Shown here in pieces: positions 1 through 8,615 of a stretch of 64,000 bases of DNA; the stretch's first letter is position 1, and the number at the start of each line of letters is the position of its first letter. The position numbers and the translations under genes were made by a program. The notes beneath the pieces were generated by a model. That model saw only the letters and a program-made list of their open reading frames with translations, made no database searches and was not told the DNA's origin. Source of the DNA: Vicinamibacterales bacterium. Lineage in GTDB: Bacteria; Acidobacteriota; Vicinamibacteria; Vicinamibacterales; UBA2999. Location: positions 27,487 through 91,486 of the forward strand of contig JBFWZN010000010.1 in the NCBI GenBank assembly GCA_050185275.1. Direction: 5' to 3'.

Positions 1-866
1 GGCAGCGTCATGAAGAGGAACTCCTTCAGGAACGCGTCCTCGGACGCGAGGAGTTCGCCGGCCGTGCCCTCGAAGTAGATCCGCGTGTCGTGCAGCACCA
101 GGAAGCGCGTGTGCGCGGTCTTCTCCTCGCTCGCGGGCACGATGTCGAGGTCGCCGTCCTGTGTGACGGCCTCGTGCGTGGCCACGTAGTAGGCGTCGCG
201 GATCTGGTGGGTGACGAGGATCGACGTCACGTTCTCGAGGTCTCGCAGCTTCACCACCTCGTCGTCCACACTGGTGGCGGTCACCGGGTCGAGGCCGGTG
301 GTGGGATCGTCGAACAGCAGGAGCGACGGGCGCGACGCGATGGCGCGCGCGATGGCAACGCGCCGCCGCTGCCCGCCCGACAGCTCCGACGGCATGCGTT
401 CCTGCAGATCGGCCAGCCCCACGAACCCCAGCACCTCGGCCACCCGCGCATCGGCCTCATCGATCGGCACGTGCATTTCCTCGTAGAGCCGGTAGCCGAC
501 GTTCTCGGCCACCGTGAGCGAGTCGAAGAGCGCCGTCTCCTGGAACAGCATGCCCACGTCGCCGCGCAGCTGCAGCAGGTCGTGCTCGGCCATCTGGTCC
601 ACCCGCTGCCCGTTGACCAGGATGGTGCCGGTGTCCGGCCGCAGCAACCCCAGGATCAGCTTGAGCACCGTGGACTTGCCGGTGCCGCTGGCCCCGAGGA
701 TGACGGTCATGCCGCCCGTCGGCACGCGAAAGCTCACGTCGCGCAGGATGACGTGGTCGTCGAAGGCAAACGACACGTGCTCGAACTCGACCGCGCACGG
801 GGCGGCACTGCTCGACGCCGAGCCGCTGGAGGCTGCCACGTCAGCCGTGGCGGAGAGGTGATCCAT
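1..866 (-). CDS. ABC transporter ATP-binding protein, MlaF-like (C-terminal end runs off the window)
   Basis: Own minus-strand translation from the ATG at 866..864 gives MDHLSATADV... It carries Walker A GASGTGKST, ABC signature LSGGQRRRVAIARA and Walker B LLLFDDPTTGLD. It is absent from the ORF track because no stop lies inside the window. Confidence 0.85.
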   Translation of the reverse strand, partial: MDHLSATADVAASSGSASSSAAPCAVEFEHVSFAFDDHVILRDVSFRVPTGGMTVILGASGTGKSTVLKLILGLLRPDTGTILVNGQRVDQMAEHDLLQLRGDVGMLFQETALFDSLTVAENVGYRLYEEMHVPIDEADARVAEVLGFVGLADLQERMPSELSGGQRRRVAIARAIASRPSLLLFDDPTTGLDPVTATSVDDEVVKLRDLENVTSILVTHQIRDAYYVATHEAVTQDGDLDIVPASEEKTAHTRFLVLHDTRIYFEGTAGELLASEDAFLKEFLFMTL

Positions 867-1003
867 GCCCTGCGATTCTTGCACGTCTGCGCCGGCTGGG
901 CGGCGTGGGCGACGGGGCCGGCCACCGTGGGCATGGCACACTCAGCGCACCGACGCCCCGTGGGGCATGTCCGGGTTGCAGAGGCCTGGTACGGAGTGCG
1001 GAC

Positions 1004-2041
1004 ATGACGGAGGTCGAGACCACGCTTCACAACCTGCTCACCGCAGCCGTCGATAGCCGGGGTGCGGCGAGCGCCAGCCTGATTCAGCGTCCTGGAGCCG
1101 AGCCAGATACGGTGTGGCTCCCCGCGTGTGACCACGAGCCGTCCTTCCTCGCCTACAGCATCACCAAGGTCTTCCTGGCCGTCGTGGTGCTGCAGATGTG
1201 CGAGCGCGGACAGATGGACCTCGACGACCCGTTGGCACGGTGGTGTCCCAACATTCCGGCTGCGGAGCGGATCTCGGTGCGTCGGCTCCTGAACCACACC
1301 GCCGGCATCCCCGACTACGGACGAATCCCTGCGTATCACGAGGGCGTGCGCACCACGCCATCGATGCCGTGGTCGTTCCATCGATTCGCCGCCGAGACGT
1401 TCGAGCACGGTCTCTCATTCGAGCCCGGTGCAGGATGGTCGTATTCCAACCCCGGGTACATGCTGGTCAAGCACATCGCTGAGGCGGTGGCCGGCGCATC
1501 GTTCCGCGACCTGCTGGCCGACAGAATCGCCAGGCCCCTGGGCCTCGCGCGTACGTTCGTCGCGGAGTCCCTCGACGATCTGGGCTCGCTCGCGCCTGGC
1601 GTGTCACGGGTGCTCTCCGCAGACGGGGGGACGCGTGACGTGCGCCAGCACTATCATCCCGGTTGGGTGTCGCACGGTGTCGTCGCCTCCACGGCGTCGG
1701 ACCTTGCGCGGTTTCTCGACCGGCTGTTTTCCGGGATGGTGTTGTCGACCGGCTCGCTCGAGGCGATGCGCACGTTGGTGCCTGTGGCGCTGGACCCTCC
1801 GCCTCGCGGTGGCAGGCCGGGCTATGGCCTTGGACTCATGGGCGATCTGGCGTCGTCGCCGGACGTTCTGGGGCACAACGGGGGCGGCCCAGGCTATGCC
1901 GCGAGCGCGTTTCACGCTGCTGGTCGTGGCGCGTCGGCCTGCGTGATGGGAGCCATCGAGGACGACTTCCGGCCCGAGGCAGTCGTCCTTGCGATGCTGA
2001 GCCGTGTCGTGCCCGGGCGCCGAAAGGGAGGTGTGGCGTGA
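1004..2041 (+). CDS. serine hydrolase, beta-lactamase/DD-peptidase (class C-like) family
   Basis: ORF 905..2041. The Met at 1004 is preceded by GGAG. SxxK (YSITK) and YxN (YSN) motifs are present, plus an HTAGIPDY segment. Confidence 0.8.
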   Translation: MTEVETTLHNLLTAAVDSRGAASASLIQRPGAEPDTVWLPACDHEPSFLAYSITKVFLAVVVLQMCERGQMDLDDPLARWCPNIPAAERISVRRLLNHTAGIPDYGRIPAYHEGVRTTPSMPWSFHRFAAETFEHGLSFEPGAGWSYSNPGYMLVKHIAEAVAGASFRDLLADRIARPLGLARTFVAESLDDLGSLAPGVSRVLSADGGTRDVRQHYHPGWVSHGVVASTASDLARFLDRLFSGMVLSTGSLEAMRTLVPVALDPPPRGGRPGYGLGLMGDLASSPDVLGHNGGGPGYAASAFHAAGRGASACVMGAIEDDFRPEAVVLAMLSRVVPGRRKGGVA

Positions 2042-2380
2042 TCGTAGGCCATCTGGCCGTCGCCCTCGGGGCGAAGAAAGTCGAACCCCACGCGCCACTC
2101 GCGGCGACGGTCGCCGCGGCTTTCGCGCTGGACCTGGCGTGGCCGGTACTCCTGCTGCTGGGCGTCGAGGTTCACCAACCTGGCGTTCGAGTCCTATCCC
2201 TGGACCCATAGCGTGGGCATGGTTCTCATCTGGTCGGCGATGGCGTTCGCGGCCGCAAGGGCTCTCTACGGCAGTGCGCGGTCGGGCGTGGTGCTGGGCG
2301 CGCTCGTTCTGAGTCACTGGGTGCTGGACTGGATTACCCACAGGCCGGATCTCGCCTTGTGGCCGGAGGGCCCGACGTGA
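2038..2380 (+). pseudogene. decayed gene for a polytopic membrane protein (His-rich SHWxLDxxTHRPD-type family): frame break plus C-terminal truncation
   Basis: GTG 2038 overlaps the upstream stop (GTGA) and has RBS GGGAGG. Frame 1 reads VIVGHLAVALGAKKVEPHAPL...WPVLLLLGVE and then hits a stop at 2209-2211. Frame 2, from about 2171, reads FTNLAFESYPWTHSVGMVLIW...LSHWVLDWITHRPDLALWPEGPT with a stop at 2378-2380. Together this is about 113 codons, whereas I recall the intact family at roughly 190 aa. Confidence 0.5.
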
Positions 2381-2441
2381 CGAAGGCGTGCAGGGCCGCA
2401 ATCCCCCACCATCAACGGACGCAGCGAAAGAGAGGCCGGTC

Positions 2442-2795
2442 ATGATTCGTGGCATGCACGCCATGCTCTACTCCTCCAAAGCCGATGCCTTGAGGACGTT
2501 CATCAAGGAGAAGCTGCGCCTCCCCTCGACAGACGTCGGGGAGGGCTGGCTGATCTTCGATGTCGCGGAGGCGGACCTGGGCGTCCATCCGACCGAGGAG
2601 AACGGCCCCCCGTCTGGAACGGCCGACATCTCGTTCTACTGTGACGACATCGCGAGTACGGTTGCCGAGATGAAGGCTCAGGGCGTCGAGTTCACCCAGG
2701 ACGTCGAGGACCATGGCTACGGCCTGCTCACCTACTTCCAGGTGCCTGGCGCCTTCAAGGTGCAGCTGTACCAGCCCCGGTACACGAAGAAGTAG
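2442..2795 (+). CDS. VOC (glyoxalase/bleomycin-resistance fold) family protein
   Basis: ORF 2388..2795. ATG 2442 follows GAAAGAGAGG. The protein is about 117 aa with the typical small VOC layout (MHAMLYS...GVHPTE...ISFYCDDI...GVEF). Confidence 0.75.
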   Translation: MIRGMHAMLYSSKADALRTFIKEKLRLPSTDVGEGWLIFDVAEADLGVHPTEENGPPSGTADISFYCDDIASTVAEMKAQGVEFTQDVEDHGYGLLTYFQVPGAFKVQLYQPRYTKK

Positions 2796-2949
2796 TCAGC
2801 TGGCCGTCCGGAGTACGCCTGCCCTCGCTCGGAGTCGGGCGCTTGCCGCCGACGATGGCCGGGGGTCATGATCAGCCCCGCCGGCCGGGAGCGCCGCTGC
2901 GTGGTCTGCGCGCTGGAGGGAGCGATTCGATGCCTGCCCACCGTCGGGG

Positions 2950-4116
2950 TTGTCCGTGAATCGAACGGCCGTCATCGTTGGCGCCGGCATTGGCGGCCTG
3001 GCGGCGGCGCTGGCGCTCCGACGCGCGGGGTGGCACGTGCGCATCGTCGAGCGAGCGGCGTCGCCACGTGAACTCGGGTACGGACTCGGCCTGGCCCCGA
3101 ACGCGGTGGCCGCGCTGCGCGACCTCGATATCGCCGACGTCGTCCTCAGCCGCTCCTTCGTGCCGCGACGCGGCGAACTGCGCCGCCAGGACGGCACCGT
3201 GCTGAAGCGGGCTGAGCTGCCACCACGCGCGCTCGGTGGGCCGCTGGTCATGGCCCTGCGGCCCGCTCTCCACGGCGCGCTGCTGGACGCCGTGGGAGTG
3301 GAGTCGATTGCGCTCTCCACCGTGGCCACCGGATTCACGACCAGTAGCGGGGGCGTGACAGTGCAGGTGCGGAGCCGGATGGGGGAGGACACCCTCGAAG
3401 GCGATCTGCTCGTCGGTGCCGACGGGATCGGGTCCGCCATCCGTCAAGCGCTCCACCCGTCGCAACCCTCGCCTCGCCCGTGCGGAATCGTGGCGGTACG
3501 GGGCGTGGTGCACGGCGCGCTCGGCCACCTGGGAGAGTGCGACGCCGTCTACTATCTCGGTCGCGGTGTGGAGTCGGTGCTCATTCGCGCGAGCGATACC
3601 GGGATCTACTGGTTCCTCTCCATTGCCCGCGACGTGATCCCCGACGGCCTGGAGGACCCCGGGGCTATCGTGGCGCACATGGCTCCGCAGTTCGATGAGA
3701 CCTGGCGCGGCGTCACCGCGGCGACCACCGACCTCCGCTTCGATGAACTCGTCGATCGCGATCCCCTGCCGTTCTGGGGGACTGGTGCCGTGACGCTCCT
3801 GGGCGATGCGGCGCACCCCCTGCTGCCGCAGACCGGCCAGGGCGCGGCCCAGGCCCTTGTCGATGCCGTGGCATTGGGGAAGGCTCTTGCAGGGGACGCA
3901 TCCATCGAGCCTGCGCTGCGGGCCTACGAACGGGAGCGCCTCGAGAAGACCGCCGCGCTGGTGGCCCAGGGGCGTCGCACCGCACGCGTGATGCGAACCA
4001 CGAACGGGCTGCTGTGCGTCCTGCGCGAGTGGGCCGTGCGGCTGATGCCCATCCAGCAGTTCGTGAGGCTGTCGGTGAGGGTGAATCGTCGGGCGGGCAC
4101 GGATGTTCGCCACTGA
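2950..4116 (+). CDS. FAD-dependent monooxygenase (UbiH/salicylate hydroxylase-like)
   Basis: N-terminal dinucleotide motif VIVGAGIGGLAAAL, DG motif LLVGADGIGS, and GDAAHPLLPQTGQGAAQAL. The start is TTG 2950 or GTG 2956. Confidence 0.85.
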   Translation: MSVNRTAVIVGAGIGGLAAALALRRAGWHVRIVERAASPRELGYGLGLAPNAVAALRDLDIADVVLSRSFVPRRGELRRQDGTVLKRAELPPRALGGPLVMALRPALHGALLDAVGVESIALSTVATGFTTSSGGVTVQVRSRMGEDTLEGDLLVGADGIGSAIRQALHPSQPSPRPCGIVAVRGVVHGALGHLGECDAVYYLGRGVESVLIRASDTGIYWFLSIARDVIPDGLEDPGAIVAHMAPQFDETWRGVTAATTDLRFDELVDRDPLPFWGTGAVTLLGDAAHPLLPQTGQGAAQALVDAVALGKALAGDASIEPALRAYERERLEKTAALVAQGRRTARVMRTTNGLLCVLREWAVRLMPIQQFVRLSVRVNRRAGTDVRH

Positions 4117-4215
4117 GGGCAAGCGCCCGCCGCGTCGGCCGCACTGCCCGCCGGCAGCCGCCGCAGGGACTGCGGGGACTGCGGGCACATGCAGGGACGC
4201 AGGGAGTGCAGGCAC

Positions 4216-4665
4216 ATGGGTTCTGGAGTCCGCAGCGCAACCGTCGAGGATTGGGAGGCGATCTCCCGCCTCAACGAGGGACTGGGCCGGCACGCTGGAG
4301 ACGGAGAGATCAGGGCGAGCCTGGCGCGTCTGCTTGCAGGCGAGAGAGACCTCGTCGTGGTGGCGGAGTCCGATGGGCGTGTCGTTGGCTGGGTCCATGC
4401 CGCCGAGCGCGAGATCCTGGGCTCCGGGCGACGCTGCGAAATCCTTGGCCTGGTGGTGGGCGACGCGTACCGTGGCCGTGGAACGGGGCGGGCGCTGGTG
4501 GCCGTGGCCGAAGCGTGGGCGAGGGGCAGGGGGATCGCGGAGGTCGTCGTTCGCAGCAACATCGTGCGACCGGAATCCCACCCCTTCTACGAGCGACTCG
4601 GCTATGCCCGATCGAAGACGCAGCACGTCTACCGCAAGCCAATCCCGACCGGCGGTGGCGTGTAG
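4216..4665 (+). CDS. GNAT family N-acetyltransferase
   Basis: ORF 4189..4665 with acetyl-CoA motif VVGDAYRGRGTGRALV and C-terminal FYERLGY. The start is ATG 4216, or 4189. Confidence 0.8.
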   Translation: MGSGVRSATVEDWEAISRLNEGLGRHAGDGEIRASLARLLAGERDLVVVAESDGRVVGWVHAAEREILGSGRRCEILGLVVGDAYRGRGTGRALVAVAEAWARGRGIAEVVVRSNIVRPESHPFYERLGYARSKTQHVYRKPIPTGGGV

Positions 4666-4795
4666 CCCCGTCGACAGCCCCCGGGCATTGGACGGAAGGC
4701 CAGTGCCGCGCGCGCCGAAGAGTGATTCGGCAGGATAGGGGCGTGCCGGCTCGCGTGTTGCTCGAACCCGGAACCAGCGCCACACAGGAGAACAG

Positions 4796-5434
4796 ATGCG
4801 CATACTCGCGCTCGGAGGCATCGGCGGCCCGCTTCTCTTCGTGGCCGTTACCGTTGTCGCGGCCTGGCTGAGGCCGGGCTACAGTCATGTCACGAGCTTC
4901 ATCAGTGAACTCGGGGCCACTGGGACGCCGAACGCGGCGTTCATGAACTACGCCGGGTTCGTGCCCACAGGACTGATGCTTGCCGTGTTCGGATTCGCCC
5001 TATCTGCCTGCCTGCCGCGCGACCGATGGAGAGGAGCGACCTCGGCGCTGGTCGCGATCTTCGGCATCGGCGTCATAGCTGACGGATTTCTGAACTGTGA
5101 CCCCGGGTGCCCGGAGACGGGCGGCAGCGTGGAGAACCTGCTTCACAACCGCATCGCTCCTGTGGCCTTTCTGTGTGCGAGTGCCGGTGCGGCGATCGTC
5201 GGACTGCGCTATCGGCACCTCGCGGGGTGGCGCGTCCTGTCATGGTTCTCACTCGTATCGAGTGCCGCCGCGCTATGCTTCCTCGTCTTCCTGGCGTCGT
5301 CGCTCGAGTCGCGTGCGCTGACGGGCGTGTGGCAACGGCTCCTGCTCACGGTGCTGTTCACCTGGTGCGCCGTCGTGGGGTGGCGGGCGTTCGCCGCTCG
5401 GTCGCGTACTCCCTGGCGGGGGCGCCATGTGTAA
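4796..5434 (+). CDS. DUF998-type integral membrane protein
   Basis: Six hydrophobic segments. The N-terminus GGPLLFVAVTVVAAWLRPGYSHVTSFISELGATG matches my recollection of DUF998. RBS AGGAGA lies upstream. Confidence 0.7.
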   Translation: MRILALGGIGGPLLFVAVTVVAAWLRPGYSHVTSFISELGATGTPNAAFMNYAGFVPTGLMLAVFGFALSACLPRDRWRGATSALVAIFGIGVIADGFLNCDPGCPETGGSVENLLHNRIAPVAFLCASAGAAIVGLRYRHLAGWRVLSWFSLVSSAAALCFLVFLASSLESRALTGVWQRLLLTVLFTWCAVVGWRAFAARSRTPWRGRHV

Positions 5435-5446
5435 GGTCGAGGCGCC

Positions 5447-6085
5447 ATGTACATTCCCGAGCACTTTGCCGAACGTGATGTCGCCGTCCTGCACGCCCTC
5501 GTCAGATCCCATCCCCTGGGCACCTGGGTGGCCCACGTTGGTGAGCGGCTGACCGCCAACCACATTCCATTCGTGCTCGACTCGACACGGGGGCCGCTGG
5601 GCACGCTCGTCGGTCATGTCGCGCGGGCGAACGATGTGTGGAAGGCCTTGCCCGGCCAGGTGGAGTCCGTGGTGGTGTTTCAGGGGCCGCAGGCCTACAT
5701 CACCCCGAGCTGGTACTCCGCGAAGCAGGAGCACGGGAAGGTCGTACCGACGTGGAACTACGCTGTGGTGCACGCGTTTGGCACGCCGCGGGTCATCGAC
5801 GAGCCGGAATGGCTACGCAGTCACGTGACGGCCCTCACCGACGTCCACGAGGGCGAGCGCGCGACGCCCTGGCGTGTGTCGGACGCGCCCGCCGATTTCA
5901 TCGACGCCTTGCTCACGGCAATCGTCGGCATCGAAATCCCGATCGCCAGCCTGACGGGGAAGTGGAAGGTGAGCCAGAATCGGTCGATTGCGGACAGGCT
6001 CCGGGTGGTCGCCGGCCTCGACGAGAGCGACGATCCGGAGACGGCGCGCATGGCGCGCCTGGTGCGAGAGCGCATGAAGCGATGA
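5447..6085 (+). CDS. paiB: FMN-binding negative transcriptional regulator, PaiB family
   Basis: MYIPEHF...LTANHIPFVLD...AYITPSWY...VPTWNYAVVHAFG...GKWKVSQNR are hallmark PaiB segments. Confidence 0.85.
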   Translation: MYIPEHFAERDVAVLHALVRSHPLGTWVAHVGERLTANHIPFVLDSTRGPLGTLVGHVARANDVWKALPGQVESVVVFQGPQAYITPSWYSAKQEHGKVVPTWNYAVVHAFGTPRVIDEPEWLRSHVTALTDVHEGERATPWRVSDAPADFIDALLTAIVGIEIPIASLTGKWKVSQNRSIADRLRVVAGLDESDDPETARMARLVRERMKR

Positions 6086-6648
6086 CACTCGTGAGGCCCG
6101 CCAGGGACTACCTGCCCGGCTACATTGCCGCGCTCGAACGGGGCTGGTCGCCCGACAATCTGCGCCCCGAAGCGGCTGCCCGCGAGGATCTGGCGCGAAT
6201 CGCAGAGGATGCGGACGCGTTTCTGGCGAGCCTGGTTGACCGCACAGCGGCGGGCGCGCCCATTGCGCTTCCCGACGGGACGACGGTGCCCCGGCTTCCG
6301 GGGTATCAGCGCTGGCTGTGGGACGGGGAATTCTGCGGCAGCATCGGCTTCCGGTGGCAGCCCGGGACGGAGGCACTCCCTGCCACCTGCCTCGGACACA
6401 TCGGGTACTCGGTCGTGCCCTGGAAGCGGCGCCTGGGATACGCAACCGCGGCGCTCCGGATGATGCTCCTGGAGGCGAAGGCGGAAGGCCTGCGATACGT
6501 CCGGATCAGCACGCAACCTCACAACCTGCCGTCGCGGCGCGTCATCGAAGCCAACGGCGGCCTGCTTGAGGGCGAGTTCGTCACGGCGGCCGCCCTTGGT
6601 GGGCACCTGGAGGTGCGATACCGTGTCGACCTGCAGCTGACGGAATGA
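6082..6648 (+). CDS. GNAT family acetyltransferase (COG3981-like)
   Basis: ATG 6082 overlaps the paiB stop (ATGA). It is the C-terminal 188 aa of ORF 5638..6648. Motifs: IGYSVVPWKRRLGYATAAL...NLPSRRVIEANGG. Confidence 0.75.
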   Translation: MTLVRPARDYLPGYIAALERGWSPDNLRPEAAAREDLARIAEDADAFLASLVDRTAAGAPIALPDGTTVPRLPGYQRWLWDGEFCGSIGFRWQPGTEALPATCLGHIGYSVVPWKRRLGYATAALRMMLLEAKAEGLRYVRISTQPHNLPSRRVIEANGGLLEGEFVTAAALGGHLEVRYRVDLQLTE

Positions 6649-6673
6649 ACTGCTCGCTGCCCGGGACGTTTCG

Positions 6674-7102
6674 ATGACACTCGACATCTATCTCAACTAC
6701 GCGGGGAACTGCCAGCAGGCGTTTCGCTTTTACGAGCAGCATCTCGGAGGCACGGTCACGATGCTGATGACCCATGGCCAGGGGCCGAATGCTGCCGCGC
6801 TCTCGGAGGAGCAGAAGCGGGCCGTGCTCCATGCCCGCCTGGAGCTTGGGGGCACCGTCCTCATGGGGGCGGACATCCCCGACAGCCAGCCGATGCGCAG
6901 TGCCTACCTCACGTTGCGTGTCGACAGCGAGACGGACGCCGAGCGCCTGTATGCGCTGCTCGCCGATGGTGGCCAGGTCTTCATGAAGATGGAGAAGACG
7001 TTCTTTGCGAACCGGTTCGCGATGCTTCGAGACCGCTTCGGCACCAGCTGGATGCTGCTGCACGAGACCACGCCCGCCGACGCGCCATCGGACCACCCAT
7101 GA
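6674..7102 (+). CDS. VOC family protein (PhnB-like)
   Basis: MTLDIYLNYAGNCQQAFRFYEQHLGG...FFANRFAMLRDRFGTSWML, typical of the PhnB/3-demethylubiquinone methyltransferase-like VOC group. Confidence 0.8.
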   Translation: MTLDIYLNYAGNCQQAFRFYEQHLGGTVTMLMTHGQGPNAAALSEEQKRAVLHARLELGGTVLMGADIPDSQPMRSAYLTLRVDSETDAERLYALLADGGQVFMKMEKTFFANRFAMLRDRFGTSWMLLHETTPADAPSDHP

Positions 7103-7899
7103 CCGACGATGTCTACACGCACGGACACCACGAAGCGGTGCTGCGCAGCCATACGTGGCGGACGGCCGAGAACTCGGCCGCGTACCTGTTGCCGTCGCTC
7201 CGGCCAGGGCTCGATCTGCTCGATGTCGGCTGCGGGCCCGGCACCATCACGGCGGACCTGGCGCGCCTGGTGTCCCCGGGCCGCGTGACGGGGGTCGACC
7301 GCGCCGGCGACGTGCTCGCGCAGGCGAGCGCGCACGCCACCACGCAAGGAGTGTCGGTGGACCTGCGGGTGGGGGACGTGTACGCACTGGACTTCCCCGA
7401 TGCGTCGTTCGACGTGGTGCACGCGCACCAGGTGCTGCAGCACTTGAGCGACCCCGTGCGCGCGCTGGTGGAGATGCGTCGCGTGCTGCGGCCTGGCGGA
7501 CTGCTCGCCGCGCGCGATGCCGACTACGCGTGCTTCGCGTGGGCACCGCTCGACCCTGCGCTGTCGCGCTGGCTCGAGGTGTACAGCGCCGTCACTCGTC
7601 GCAACGGCGGCGAGCCCGACGCCGGCCGCTTCCTCAAGGGATGGGCACGGGCCGCGGGTTTCGGCAACGTGCAGGCGACCAGCTCGACGTGGACCTACGC
7701 CGATCCGCCGTCGTGCGAGTGGTGGGGGACGCTGTGGGCCGACCGGTGTGAACTGTCACTGCTCGGCGAGCAGGCGGTAGCGTACGGCGTGTCCACGCGC
7801 GCGGAACTTGCCGCGATGGCGGCGGCGTTTCGCGGCTGGGCGAAGAAGCCGGACGCCTTCTTCATGGTGCCGCATGGAGAGATTCTGGCCCGCCCGTAG
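7099..7899 (+). CDS. class I SAM-dependent methyltransferase
   Basis: The start overlaps the upstream stop (ATGA). SAM motif I is LLDVGCGPGTIT. An FDVVHAHQVLQHL segment is also present. Confidence 0.85.
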   Translation: MTDDVYTHGHHEAVLRSHTWRTAENSAAYLLPSLRPGLDLLDVGCGPGTITADLARLVSPGRVTGVDRAGDVLAQASAHATTQGVSVDLRVGDVYALDFPDASFDVVHAHQVLQHLSDPVRALVEMRRVLRPGGLLAARDADYACFAWAPLDPALSRWLEVYSAVTRRNGGEPDAGRFLKGWARAAGFGNVQATSSTWTYADPPSCEWWGTLWADRCELSLLGEQAVAYGVSTRAELAAMAAAFRGWAKKPDAFFMVPHGEILARP

Positions 7900-7946
7900 C
7901 GCGGGACGGCCCCGGGTCGTGAGAGGTCTCGGCGCGCCTGAGCGGT

Positions 7947-8615
7947 TCAGCGGACCCAGGTCAGTGGCAGCCGCGGCGACAGTCCGGTGGGGCGCGCCAG
8001 CGCGAGGCCATCGAGGCCGACATCGCGTCGCAGGCCGAGCCGCAGTTCCGCGCGCACGGCATTCTCACGCTGGATGGCGCAGGCGTCGGTGGGGCGCTGT
8101 CCCGGCTGCGCGTCGGCACACCGCCCGGAGAGATCGCCCGCGAGCAGATACGGGAAGGCGTGGCCGTACACCTCGTGAATGACGATGCGGTCCAGGTCGC
8201 GGGCGAAGTCGGCCGGCGACGCCCACACCCGCGCGTGGTGCGCCTGGCGCAGCAGGGCGAGGTTGACGACCACCAGCACGGTACGCACCGCGGACCCGTC
8301 CTGCACCACCGGCGCGGCCTCGGCCAGCAGGTCGGCCTCGAATACCCCCGCGGAGGCGTCGCGGGCGTCCTGCACGCGCACCTGGTCGGGGGTGAGGACG
8401 ATGGCCCGGCGCCCGCTCCCTTCGAGCGTGCTCAGCACCTCGCGCCACAAGCCGCTGCCGGCGGCGATGCGGTCGAGGCTGGCCCGCAGCATCTGGTTGT
8501 GGGTCACGACCGGGGTGGCGGGGTCCGACGCCCACGGCGTGGCGGTGCGAGCGGGGCGGGCGACGGTCACGAGTGCGACCAGCGACAGCAGCAGCCAGAT
8601 CGAGCGTGGACGCAT
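7947..8615 (-). CDS. secreted hypothetical protein with an HExxxH-like motif (IHEVYGH)
   Basis: ORF of 222 aa with signal peptide MRPRSIWLLLSLVALVTVA and RBS GGAGGGAGG upstream. It is a distant paralogue of the protein at 53656..54216. Confidence 0.6.
   Translation of the reverse strand: MRPRSIWLLLSLVALVTVARPARTATPWASDPATPVVTHNQMLRASLDRIAAGSGLWREVLSTLEGSGRRAIVLTPDQVRVQDARDASAGVFEADLLAEAAPVVQDGSAVRTVLVVVNLALLRQAHHARVWASPADFARDLDRIVIHEVYGHAFPYLLAGDLSGRCADAQPGQRPTDACAIQRENAVRAELRLGLRRDVGLDGLALARPTGLSPRLPLTWVR

Noticed and set aside
934-948. TGGCAC-ACTCA-GCGCA upstream of the serine hydrolase gene as a sigma-54 promoter.
   Set aside because: The -24 element is perfect and the GG/GC spacing is correct, but the -12 element lacks both T residues. 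It is too weak to call without a PWM score or TSS data.
4747-4761. CGGCTC-GCGTG-TTGCT upstream of the DUF998 gene as a sigma-54 promoter.
   Set aside because: It lacks the T and A of the TGGCA element. The relaxed pattern GGC-N7-TTGC is expected about once by chance in the intergenic DNA of this window.
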